Under the pieces are notes generated by a model that was given only the letters and a program-made list of their open reading frames with translations, was not told the DNA's origin and did not search any database. The position numbers and the translations under genes were made by a program. From assembly GCF_009914755.1 (NCBI RefSeq), contig NC_060927.1: a DNA stretch of 64,000 nucleotides; one strand, 5' to 3'. Source of the DNA: the human T2T-CHM13v2.0 reference genome, Homo sapiens. Shown one piece after another: positions 1 to 11,001 of this stretch. Positions within the stretch are counted from its first letter, which is position 1. Every line of letters starts with the position of its first letter.

Positions 1-920
1 TCATCCTGTGGCAAATTTCTCTTCAACTGTGAGTCTGTGAAATCAAACAAGTTACATGCTTCTAAAATACAATAGTTGGACAGGCTTAGGAGAGACATTT
101 CCATTTCAGGAAGGGGAAATAGGAAAGAAGAAAGGATTGATGGATCCTGACCAAATTCAAAACCCAAAAGGGCAAACTCAAGGCTTGAGAATAATCTTCT
201 TTGACTCCATATCTTGTCTTCTAGACACGCTGGTGTGAGATTTGGGCCCCCAAGACCCTAGACAGCCAGCTTTTCTGGACACAGCTTATGCCACAGTTCT
301 CAGGTTTTGGAGTCTGGTGCCTGTGGCTCTCCCAGGCTGGAGTTACACACTGCTGTGCCTACAGGTCTGGGATCTTGAGAGCAGCCCTGCCCCCATGGCT
401 CCATTAAGAATTTCTCTACTGGGGGCTCTATGTGGCAGCCCTGCTCCTGTGGCAGTTCTCTGCCTATGCCCTTAGGCTCCCTGAGATATCAATTTGAAAT
501 CTAGGTGGAGGTGGCCATGCCTGCCCAGCTCTTTCAGTCTACACAGCTGCAGAACTGGCATTGTGTAGATGTCACTAAGGTTTAGTGCTTGAGCCTTCTA
601 AAGGATCAGCCTGAGCTAAACCTGGCCTACATGAGCCATAGTTGGGGTGGCCAAGGAACTCCTCCCGAACGTGTGGAGAAGAAACTTCAGGTGACCCTGG
701 GCAGTGAGCCTCAAGGCCCCAGGAGCAATGTGGGCTCCTCCTTGAAACCATTCTGTCCTCAAGACCCTGGATCAGTGGGCCTGTGATAGGTGTGGCAGCC
801 ACAAAGTTCTCAGAAATGCCTTCTGGGTCTTTTTTTCCATTGTCCTGATGAATTACAGCATCTGCCTTTCTTCTATCTATACTAATCTTAGCAAATGTTT
901 GCTTGGCCAAACTCTTGGCT
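1..920 (-). mobile_element. MaLR (MLT1/MST-type) internal sequence fragment
   Basis: Begins caagttacatgcttctaaaatacaat...gacatttccatttcaggaaggggaaataggaaagaagaaagga, typical of the reverse strand of MaLR internal regions. ORFs here are short and uninformative. Confidence 0.65.
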
Positions 921-923
921 TTC

Positions 924-1022
924 TGATATAGTCTGAATCTGTGTCCCTACCCAAATCTCGTCAAATTATAATCCCCAATGTTGGAAGTGAGCCCTGGTGA
1001 GAAGTGATGGGATCCTCATGGG
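924..1022 (+). mobile_element. MST (MaLR) LTR 5' fragment
   Basis: tgatatagtctgaatctgtgtccctacccaaatctc...aatccccaatgttggaagtg matches the MSTA/B LTR start; compare the copy at 32547. Confidence 0.7.
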
Positions 1023-1125
1023 CAGGAGGATGGAGCAAATAAGGAAAGTGAGAATAATATCTGGGAAGAGCTGCAGCTAGGATGCCAACCCAGGTTTTTC
1101 CAAAGCCTCATGTAGGTCCACTAAA

Positions 1126-1275
1126 CCAGCACTGTCCAAAGCGTGGCTCACTTTGGGAGCTTGTTAGACATGAATAATCTTAGGGCTCATCTCAGACCTT
1201 CTGCATCAGAATCTGCATTTTATCAAGGTCGTCGGGTGATTCTTATGCACATTAAAGTTTGGAAAGCGCTTCTCT
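1126..1275. mobile_element. MER5A-like hAT-Charlie DNA transposon
   Basis: gggagcttgttagacatg...tcagaatctgcatttta...gtgattcttatgcacattaaagtttg is the MER5A core. Confidence 0.75.
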
Positions 1276-2019
1276 ACCCTACTGCCCCCGAGGATGGGCT
1301 TCTTAATATTCTGATGAGAGTCCTGCATCCCAAGCAACCCCCTGAGTGCCAGGCAAACTGGGATGGTAGATCGATCAACCTTCTATCACTGAAGGCACAG
1401 TTGGTCATAATGAAGAACATCTGCTAGACGTCATTGCTCTGGCCCTGTGCCATTCCTTCCAGTGCTCGCACTGTCTGCCTCTGGAACAATATCATTCCTA
1501 GAAGAGGCCCCTCACAATAGGTGAGCTATGGAAAGTCATTTGAGATCTGACGAGATTAAAGCACTTCATACAACTATCCACCCAGAATCATGATCATTGC
1601 TAAAATAACCTCACACAGTGTATAGCAGATGTGAGAATGTGTGAGGCAGGGCTCAACCTGCCCAAGCTTATCAAAGAGAAAGTTTCTCCCTGAGAAGCCA
1701 AATGCTGTGAGAGAGACCCCATAGAATGTGCCAGACTGGAAGGAGCCATCAGTCTTGTGAGCTGCTTCTCTAGCTCTTCAGAAATAATGAGTGTCCAGCA
1801 TCCAGCAGGATGTGACTAAATGGCTAGAAGTTATAAAGCTGAGTGCCAACTGAGAGACTGTCCCCACTAAACAAATCTGCCAACAACCTCTGCACACACA
1901 AAAAAACCAAATTAGGTAAATGGCCAGGCCACTCTGGAACCAAAAGCTTTCTCACTCTCCCAACATGATGTGTCAGGCATCTGGTATGCCAAGATGATGA
2001 TAGAAACAGTTACAGATTA

Positions 2020-2215
2020 AAGAGGGTGCACTATGGGCCAAGTACAATGCTAGGTGTTTACTAGATTTTCTCCTGTAAGCCTCATAACAATCCCAGGCAG
2101 TAGCTTTATTCACAGATGGGGAACTGGGGTTCAAAAAGGAAAATAACTCGGAGAGCAAGTAACAGGACAAACATCCACAACTGGTTATTTCTGTCTCAAT
2201 CCCATGTTCTTAACA
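2020..2215 (-). mobile_element. MIR SINE (degenerate)
   Basis: cctcataacaatcccaggcagtag...ttcacagatggggaactgggg resembles the MIR core. Confidence 0.6.
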
Positions 2216-2397
2216 TCATTCTAACCTGAATTTGCTTGGGTCTCTGTCCCCATACTCCCTGCAAAAGCAATGCATTTTTCATCAAAGAGGACATTTGTGG
2301 GTATCACATCTGAGAGCACAGCCCAACACACCAAACCTTGAAAGTGGTTCTGGGTTAGAGAAGATAATGAATAGGAAACATATTTAAAATTTTGAGG

Positions 2398-3210
2398 AAT
2401 CACCACACTGCTTTCCAAAATGGTTGAACTAATTTACACTCCCACCAGCAGTGTATGAACATTCCCTTTTCTCCACAATCTTGCCAGCATCTGTTAGTTT
2501 TTGGCTTTTTGAATAATAGCCACTGTGACTGGTGTGAGATGGTATCTCATTTGTGGTTTTAATGTGCATTTCTCTAATGATTAGCGATATGGAGCATTTT
2601 TTTATATGCTTGTTGGCCACATGTATGTCTTCTTTTGAAAAGTGTATGTTCATGGCCTTTGCCCACTTTTTAATGAGGCTGTTTGTTTTTTGTGGTATAT
2701 TTCTAAAGGAATATAAATCATTCTGCCACAAAGACACATACACATGTATGTTTATTGCAGCACTATTCACAGTAACAAAGACATGAATCAACCTAAATGC
2801 CCATCAATGGTAGACTGGATAAAGAAAATGTGGTATATATACACCATGGAATATTATGCAGCCACAAAAAAGAATGAGATCATGTCTTTTTCAGGAACAT
2901 GGATGGAACTAGAGGCCATTATCCTTAGCAAACTAACACAGGAACAGAAAACAAAATACCCATGTTCTTATTTATAAGTGGGAGCTAAACAATGAGAACA
3001 CATAGACAGAAAGAGGGGAACAATGACACTAGAGCCAACTTGAGGGTGGAGGGAGAGGTTCAGGGAAAAAAAAACTATTAGGTACTATACTTAGTGACAA
3101 AATAATCTGTATACTAAACCCCTGAGTCATGAATTTGCATATATAAAAAACATGCACATGTACCCCTGAACCTAAAATAAAAGTTAAAATATTTTTAAAA
3201 ATTTAAAAAA
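2398..3210 (+). mobile_element. Old L1PA/L1PB 3' fragment with 5' inversion (2398-~2690 antisense, ~2691-3210 sense, A-rich tail)
   Basis: The ORF2 C-terminal peptide is on - ([16 protein letters not shown]) and then on + ([16 protein letters not shown]). The 3'UTR ends catgtacccctgaacctaaaataaaag. A 13-bp TSD taaaattttgagg lies at 2385-2397 and 3211-3223. Confidence 0.9.
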
Positions 3211-3389
3211 TAAAATTTTGAGGTTTCTATAATTATCTATGTTCTTGGTACTTAAGCAATAATTATGTGAGGGTATCCTAGGTTTAATGAATACAAGAAT
3301 GACAATACCCAGCATTTTATAATATGTAATCATTTGCTTGCTCGATATTATATTCATTTATCTCCACAGCAGTTTTGTGGTATACATAG

Positions 3390-3530
3390 AAGAGGTATTG
3401 TTTTCCTTTTTACAGATAAGGAAACAGGCTGAAAAGTGAAACAAAACTTGCCCAAAGTTGTATAGTGAGGATGTGGTCAAGAACTCACCTCTGTGCATAC
3501 TAATTCTGCATCCTGTGCTCTTTCCATGAG
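3390..3530 (-). mobile_element. MIR SINE fragment
   Basis: ttttacagataaggaaacaggctg...aacttgcccaaagt is the MIR core. Confidence 0.65.
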
Positions 3531-3774
3531 ACCACAAATGTAGTATCAACTACAAATGCATTGGCATTGTGTGTGTCCTGTTCTTGGCTCACCATCATAA
3601 AGAAAGTAGAATGGGGAAATAGGGCCCATGATCATTGATATAGCACCTGTCAGAATGAAATGATCATTGAATTTGTGAGTACCATACATACAGCAGCATT
3701 TCAGAGCTTATAGGATGTGTTCGTGTAAGTTATCATATTATACACAACAATCTTGTGAGACAGAGCAAGACTGA

Positions 3775-3840
3775 AGCCACTAGTCACAGGTGGCTATTCA
3801 GTACTTGAAATGTGGCTAGCTAAAATTGAGATATGTTGTT
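3775..3840. mobile_element. MER3/MER33-like hAT fragment
   Basis: agccactagtcacaggtggctattcagtacttgaaatgtggctag. Confidence 0.55.
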
Positions 3841-4080
3841 TTGGGCAGGGAGGCTTTCTTTTTTTTTATTATTATACTTTTAAGTTTTAGGGTACATGTG
3901 CACAACGTGCAGGTTTGTTACATATGTATACATGTGCCATGTTGGTGTGCTGCACCCATTAACTCGTCATTTACATTAGGTATATCTCCTAATGCAATGC
4001 TATCCCTCCCCCGTCCCCCCACCCCACAACAGGCCCCAGTGTGTGATGTTCCTCTTCCTGTGTCCATGTGTTCTCATTGT

Positions 4081-5997
4081 TCAATTCCCACCTATGAGTG
4101 AGAACATGCAGTGTTTGGTTTTTTGTCCTTGTGATAGTTTGCTGAGAATGATGGTTTCCAGCTTCATCCGTGTCCCTACAAAGGACATGAACTCACCATT
4201 TCTTATGGCTGCATAGTATTTCATGGTGTATATGTGCCACATTTTCTTAATCCAGTCTATCGTTGTTGGATATTTAGGTTGGTTCCAAGTCTTTGCTGTT
4301 GTGAATAGTGCCTCAATAAATATACGTGTGCATGTGTCTTTATAGCAGCATGATTTATAATCCTTTCGGTATATACCCAGTAATGGGATGGCTGAGTCAA
4401 ATCGTATTTCTAGTTCTAGATCCCTGAGGAATCGCCACACTGACTTCCACAATGGCTGAACTAGTTTACAGTCCCACCAACAGTGTAAAAGTGTTCCTCT
4501 TTCTCCACATCCTCTCCAGCACCTGTTGTTCCCTGACTTTTTAATGATCTCCATTCTAACTGGTGTGAGATGGTATCTCATTGAGGTTTTGATTTGCATT
4601 TCTCTGATGGCCAGTGATGATGAGCATTTTTTCATGTGTCTTTTGGCTGCATAAATGTCTTCTTCTTTTTTTCTTTTTTTAATTTAATTTTATTATTATT
4701 ATACTTTAAGTTTTAGGGTACATGTGCACAATGTGCAGGTTAGTTACATATGTATACATGTGCCATGCTGGTGTGCTGCACCCATTAACTCATCATTTAG
4801 CATTAGGTATATTTCCTAATGCTATCCCTCCCCCCTCCCCCCCACCCCATAAATGTCTTCTTTTGAGAAGTGTCTGTTCATGTCCTTCGCCAACTTGTCG
4901 ATGGGGTTGTTTGTTTTTTTCTTGTAAATTTGTTTGAGTTCATTGTAGATTCTGGATATTAGTCCTTTGTCAGATGAGTAGATTGCAAAAACTTTCTCCC
5001 ATTCTGTAGGTTGCCTGTTCACTCTGATGGTAGTTTCTTTTGCTGTGCAGAAGCTCTTTAGTTTAATTAGATCACATTTGTCAATTTTGGCTTTTGTTGC
5101 CATTGCTTTTGGTGTTTTAGACATGAAGTCCTTGCCTATGCCTATGTCCTGAATGGTATTGCCTAGGTTTTCTTCTAGGGTTTTTATGGTTTTAGGTCTA
5201 ACATTGAAATCTTTAATCCATCTTGAATTAATTTTTGTATAAAGTGTAAGGAAGGGATCCAGTTTCAGCTTTCTACATATGGCTAGCCAGTTTTCCCAGC
5301 ACCATTTATTAAATAGGGAATCCTTTCCCCATTGCTTGTTTTTGTCAGGTTTGTCAAAGATCAGATGGTCGTAGACATGCGGCATTATTTCTGAGGGCTC
5401 TGTTCTGTTCCATTGGTCTATATCTCTATTTTGGTACCAGTACCATGCTGTTTTGATTACTGTAGCCTTGTAGTATAGTTTGAAGTCAGGTAGTGGGATG
5501 CCTCCAGCTTTGTTCTTTTGGCTTAGGATTGACTTGGCAATGCAGGCTCTTTTTTGGTTCCATATGAACTTTAAAGTAGTTTTTTCCAATTGTGTGAAGA
5601 AACTCATTCGTAGCTTGAAGGGGATGGCATTGAATCTATAAATTACCTTGGGCAGTATGGCCATTTTCATGATATTGATTCTTCCTACCCATGAGCATGG
5701 AATGTTCTTCCATTTGTTTGTATCCTCTTTTATTTCCTTGAACAGTGGTTTGTAGTTCTCCTTGAAGAGGTCCTTCACATCCCTTGTAAGTTGGATTCCT
5801 AGGTATTTTATTCTCTTTGAAGCAATTGTGAATGGGAGTTCATTCATGATTTGGCTCTCTGTTTGTCTGTTATTGGTGTATAAGAATGCTTGTGATTTTT
5901 GCACATTGGTTTTGTATCCTGAGACTTTGTTGAAGTTGCTTATCAGCTTAATGAGATTTTGGGCTGAGATGATGGGGTTTTCTAGATATACAACCAT
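4081..5997 (-). pseudogene. LINE-1 ORF2p remnant (from just after the RT FADD motif to the Cys-rich C-terminus), split by a nested L1
   Basis: The 391-aa [18 protein letters not shown]...HFSKEDIY and the 184-aa [19 protein letters not shown]...[18 protein letters not shown] are consecutive ORF2 segments. The element is 5'-truncated, so it has no endonuclease or ORF1. Confidence 0.93.
4665..4847 (-). mobile_element. Short L1PA 3'-end insertion nested inside the L1PA ORF2
   Basis: A second copy of the L1 tail (ttattatactttaagttttagggtacatgtgcaca...ccctccccccacccc) is flanked by TSD cataaatgtcttctt at 4650-4664 and 4848-4862. Confidence 0.95.
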
Positions 5998-6344
5998 GTC
6001 ATCTGCAACAGGGACAATTTGACTTCCTCTTTTCCTAATTGAATACCCTTTATTTCCTTCTCCCGGGGAGGGAGGCTTTCTATGCTTCTCAAGTCATGCT
6101 GCGTTGGTGAATTTTAGGTGTCAATTTCACTGGGTTAAGGTATACCTAGATAACTGGGTGTATTTGTGTGGGTGTTTCCAAAGAAGGTTGGCATATGAGT
6201 TGGTGGACTGAGTGGGGAACATTCTTCTTCATTGTGTGTGAGCATCATGCAATTGGCTAGGTACAAGACAGAATAAAACAGCAGAGGAAAGGTGAATTCA
6301 CATTCTCTGTCTCCTAGAACTAGCACATCATTCTCCTGCCCATG

Positions 6345-8003
6345 TGTTACAGGATCTTTGGTGTGACAGTTTTCTGGCCTGAAATCTCTGGCCAGTGGCA
6401 CCTTTGCCTGAGTTTTGCTCAGGTCCCTTGGGCTTGTTTCACCCACTAGGTCTGACAAATACACTTGGCTCATGCTACCGACCTGGATCCCATGCCTGCC
6501 AAGGGCAAGTCAGGCATGGAGCCACAAGGGGTGGCTGAGTGAACATGGAGTCTGGTCACTGCACAGTCAGACACACTGGCTGCTGCAGCTGAATGGGCAG
6601 CTCCAGGTGCCAGTATGGGTGCCAGCTCTCTGCAAGGCTGCAGCTGGACCAGGTGAACTGCAAGCAGCTTCCTTGGCTGGCACTGGGGAATGCAGTGGAG
6701 CCTGGAATCTCAGAGATGCCAGGCACTGCAGGATCCCAAAGAGGGAGTCACAGTCCTGGCTCTGGGAGCTCCCAAATCTGGGCTCCCTGAGGGGCCATAG
6801 CTCTTGTCTGTTCACCTGCAATGTGGGGAGCAAGGGGCATGTTTCAGCCTTGTTTGTATTATAGCTCTTTTAGCTCCACCATTCAGCGGGTCCAGAGCTC
6901 TTGTTCTGTGACTAGGTATGCAGATAAGTGGAGGGTGAGCAAGATGAAGAAGAGCTTTATTGAGCAATAGAACAGCTCACAGGAGACCTGCAGGAGGCAG
7001 CTCCTTTTTGCAGCCAGGGTGTCCCTATGAGTGTTCAGCTCCTAGCAGAGAGGAGACCCTGGAGTGGGAAGTTCCTCTCTGCAGGCAGGTTGTCCTGTGG
7101 TCTCTGAAGCTCTCAGCAGAGAGGAGGTCCTGGGATGGTTTTTTCCTCTCTGCAGGCAAGCCATCCCATCCATCTCATCATCTCCCCAGCTCCTAGCAGA
7201 GAGGAGGCCCTGGAGTGGTAGCTCCTCTCTGCTGCTGGTCATCCTAATGTCTCCTGCTATCAGCAGAGAGGGTAGCTCCTCTCTGCAGCAGGTCTGCCCA
7301 TCATCTGCTCTTCTCTGGCTGAGCCTGGGGCTTTTATGGGCCTCAGAGGGGAGAAGGAACATGCTGATTGGTCCATTGGTGGCCATGGGTGGGCCTGGAA
7401 AATGCACCACCAGTTCCCACTCTGGTCCCTGGGACAGGCAGCCTGGCCCTTGGCCTTCAGGCCCTCCAAGCCTGAAGGTGGGGTCTCACCAGAGACCCAT
7501 CCCCTTCCACCCAGGAATCTGTCTACCTCCTGCTGCTGTTCATGGTGCCCCTCACCTGGAGATGGGAGCAGGCACTGACAGCAGGGGGAAGCCAGGCAGT
7601 GGGGGCAGGTGCTTCAAAGCCTATGAGGGCAGGGGGGCCTTCCAAGGCCCCCCAAGAGTGCAGAGATGCCATGGTTTGAGTGGCTGCAGCTGTGGGTGGT
7701 GGGGGCAGCCCCTGCCTGCTCCTGGCCCCCCAAGAGCACAGGGAGGCTCATTTCTGCAGCCACAACTTGGGCAGTTGCAGCCTCTCTTTCCTGGGCTCTG
7801 AGGAGTGGGAGACCCAGGTCTGTAGCCATGATTTGGGTGGTTGCAGTGGCACCTGGGGAGCTCCCACCCCAACTTGGAAGGGGCAGGGCTACCACTTGTC
7901 CCTGGCTCCTGCCAGCTCCAAGGAACATGCAGCCTCACTGCATCTCTCTGCTGCAGTTGGCCTGATGGCAGCAACAGGCCATGTGAAGCAGCTACTGCCA
8001 TCA
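6345..8003 (-). mobile_element. MER52-family (ERV1) solo LTR, ~1.66 kb
   Basis: The minus strand starts TGATGGCAG..GCTGCCATCA and ends ..AAAGATCCTGTAACA, like MER52. It is GC-rich with internal gcagagagg repeats and has a 4-bp TSD catg/cttg. Confidence 0.85.
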
Positions 8004-8214
8004 CTTGGACATGGAAAATACAGGTTCTCATGTGTTTGGACTCTGGGACTTGTACCCCTGAGTTCTCAGGCCTTTAACTTTCCCAGTTTTGAGGCTTTTG
8101 GACTTCTCAGCCACATTACTGGCATCCCAAGGTCTCCAGCTTGCAGACAGCCTACCAAGGGACTTCTCAGCCTCTATATAATCTCGTGAGTCAATTCTCA
8201 TGATAAATCCCCTC

Positions 8215-8384
8215 TTTCTATCTATTATCTATCTATCTGTCTATCTATCTATCTATCTATCACCTATCTATCACCTATCTTCATCACCACCATCATTATC
8301 TATCGTCTATGTATCTACCTATTATCTATCTATCTATTTATCTATCATCTATCTTCATCACCACTATTATTATTATTATCTATC

Positions 8385-8431
<47 letters not shown>

Positions 8432-8440
8432 ATCTATCCA
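8215..8440. repeat. Compound (TATC)n/(TCA)n/(TTA)n microsatellite
   Basis: Long interrupted TATC arrays are directly visible. Confidence 0.95.
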
Positions 8441-8670
8441 TTCATCTGTATAGCTTTCCATCCTGTTGGTTCTGTCTCTCTGGAGAACTTGACCAATATA
8501 CATGCCAGGAACAGAATAACTGAAGCAGAATAATGGCCCTGAGGTTGAACATCCCCATTTGACATGTATCCAGTACTGAAGTAGATGAGAGAGAGACAAC
8601 CTTGTGTATATGGATGTGTAAATATGTGACACCCAAAATGGATAGTGGAGTGAAAAAGTGTGGTGTGCAT

Positions 8671-8685
8671 TGTGTGTGTGTGTGT
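8671..8685. repeat. (TG)n microsatellite
   Basis: tgtgtgtgtgtgtgt. Confidence 0.8.
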
Positions 8686-9894
8686 AGGGTGGGAGGAGAA
8701 AGGCTGGGGATTGGGAGGAGGGTCTTGATGTGGTGAGCTATTAGAGACAGGAGTGCCTTTATTAAAAATATGGTTATTTGTATGTTAACAACCCTCTGAA
8801 TTCTGGCTGTACAATTGATATTTTAAAATATTCTCATGTCTACATAGAGCTGGATGGTTTTTATTTTTTATTGGATATATGCTATTTTCCCAAATGAGGC
8901 TTTAGATGAGGAGTTTATGAGGGAAAGGGCTTGATGGAACCAAACAGCAAATAGGAGCTCTAATAACCTCTTCCATTCTTTGAGTTAAAAATGTTTCTAA
9001 AGCCAAACTAGAATTCCTCTTTGTGTTACTAGCTAAGCTCAGTTAATTAAACTGAGCTATTTTTCTCTCTTTGTCTCCCAGTGTTTTGCTGAGGGATTCC
9101 CTTCACCACCTCACAATAGATGCTGAGTATTGCCTCGGACAGGAAACATTCTGTTTCTTTTTCTTCTCTTCTTCTCCTCCCCTCCCCTCTTCTTCCTTCC
9201 CAGATGCCTCCATCATTTTCTTTCAATACGCATTTGGCTTTCAGCTGCTTGTTTCAGGAGGTTTGCTTGGAGTCCCTGAGCTTGGACAAGTCTTAGTGCA
9301 GTATTTGTGATTAGCCCTTAAGAACTGAAAGGAACTCTTCCAAGGGAGGAGTGCCTCTTGATGTCTTCTTCAGCACAGTGGAATGTGGAGTGCAGCTATG
9401 AAAAACTTTCATGGTGCTACTTGTGCCACAGCTCCCTCCAGTTAGACACTGTAATATCAAGTGGGCACTCTTCCCAGGGAAGTCATCTCAGCTAAATTAC
9501 ATGTGTTTCTCTCTTAGCTTTAAGTTATTATTATTTTTCAGCCTCTGTCTCTCCTTAAATCCAACATTATCTTGTATCCCTCCAAGGAACTCAGCCTTTA
9601 TTTTGCAGTTTGCAGAAAATTATGGAAAAGGTTAGATGGGGAATTCCTTTATAATCACTTTAAAAGCCAGATTGTTAGGATGGAAAAAACTGGGATTTTC
9701 AAATAAAAACCAAGAAGCTGATAGGATTATGTTTGAGGAGTTGTTGACCAGTGGGTACCATGGTGCAGTGTAGTTTTGAGGATAGAATGGAGTATCTATG
9801 TTTCCTCAACCTCTATTTTTCTAAAATAAAGGTGTCTTTTAGTTTGTTGTCTTCTTCATATAAAAGCAATACATACTTGAAACTATGCAGTGAA

Positions 9895-10361
9895 GCAGTT
9901 TCCCATCTCACTTAGAGTAAAAGCCAGAATCCTTCTCATGGTCTATAAGACCTTGTCACCTTTCTGACCCAATCTTTTTCTCTTCTCCCTATTGCTCACT
10001 CTGCTCTAGGAATATTGTTTCCTCACTTAGGCTATGCATGTTCATGCCTCAAAGACTTTACACTGAGAGAAAACTCCTCTTCCAGACAGTTCCATGACTA
10101 TCTCATTTCTTGCAGATCTCTGCTCAAATATCACCTTATCAATGAGGCCTTTCTCAACTGCCACATATTAAAGAACCCCCTCCCCACAGCACCATGCCCC
10201 GTTTACTTCCCCTTTTAAACCATAGCACCCATCACCATCTGATGCATCGTATTTTTACTTGTTTATGATCTTTCTTCTCTCACTAGAATGTAAACTCCTT
10301 CTACTGCTAAAACAGCACTGGCACTAGGAGGCATTCAATAAATATTATCTGCATGAATGAA
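9895..10361 (+). mobile_element. L2 LINE 3' end
   Basis: tcccatctcacttagagtaaaagcc...ctagaatgtaaactcc...cattcaataaatatt...atgaatgaa is the L2 terminus. Confidence 0.8.
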
Positions 10362-10499
10362 GGCATAGTACTCATGAATTCACAAGCATGAACTGTGCTT
10401 TTTCAACCCAGATGAGTATGTGGCTTGCTTGTACTTAGTTTGGGTCAAGAACCAGCATATTCTATCATTTATAAACATTTTAAAATCAGAAGCATATAG

Positions 10500-11001
10500 A
10501 TTATCAGTCAGAGCTTGGTCAGTAAAACAGAAGTTACTCTAGGTATTTAAAGTAAGAAGAAGTTTAATCAAGGAAATCAAAGTCCAGCACAATTGGAGAT
10601 TTACGTTGAGAGGCTGGGGAAGCAAAGGTAAGAAAGGTTGCTTCCAGGAAACCTGAAAGAACAGGCTTTAGGAAGCTGTCATCAGTGGTCTCAGTTGACT
10701 CCTGTGTGGAGAATTGGGTGGCTCTCAGGAGAATGCCTGAAGGCCTCAGGTAAAATCCCTGCCACACCCGCTATCTGCTGATATCTACACACTGATCTAC
10801 AGCTTAGGGAAAAAAGTTCTTATTTTCTATCCCCAAAATCTCAAACAAGTGCTTCTCATTGGCCAAATCTCACTGGGCTCTACAGTTAGATTCCCAAAGG
10901 AGTATGGGAACTGCAGTTTTTGAGCTTCTCAACTCTGCACTATAGAGCAGAGCTTAGAAGGATGGAGTGGTTCTGATTTTTAACAGACAATATCCAGCAC
11001 A
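10500..11001 (-). mobile_element. Ancient ERVL/MaLR-type LTR (LTR33-like)
   Basis: ttatcagtcagagcttggtcagtaaaacagaagttactctaggtattta...ctcattggccaaatc...tgggaactgcagttttt...atccagcaca. Confidence 0.55.

Larger units (their letters stand above)
3860..6063 (-). mobile_element. Young 5'-truncated LINE-1 (L1PA3-5-like): ORF2 3' half, 3'UTR and poly(A)
   Basis: Near-consensus L1PA 3'UTR. ORF2 peptides occur at 4822-5997 and 4081-4635. TSD ggg(c/g)agggaggctttct at 3843-3859 and 6065-6081. Confidence 0.97.
6100..8502 (+). mobile_element. MLT2 (ERVL) solo LTR, split by MER52 and a TATC microsatellite
   Basis: 5' part is tggtgaattttaggtgtcaatttcactggg...ttctcctgcc. It resumes at cttggacat (8004) and ends ggttctgtctctctggagaacttgaccaatataca. 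Confidence 0.8.

Noticed and set aside
4822-5997. 391-aa ORF as a host gene or novel reverse-transcriptase system
   Set aside because: It is ordinary LINE-1 ORF2 from a 5'-truncated element. It has no promoter, no endonuclease and no N-terminal RT motifs.
7040-7290. Regularly recurring gcagagagg/ctcctctctgc units resembling a repeat-spacer array
   Set aside because: They are degenerate internal repeats of the MER52 LTR in a mammalian genome. There are no constant repeats with unique spacers and no cas genes, so this is not CRISPR.
6415-8189. Dense overlapping ORFs up to 245 aa
   Set aside because: They lie in the GC-rich MER52 LTR, are open on both strands, have low-complexity Ser/Pro/Gly/Leu composition and show no recognisable domain.
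8200-8533. YLSI-repeat ORFs
   Set aside because: These are translations of the (TATC)n microsatellite.
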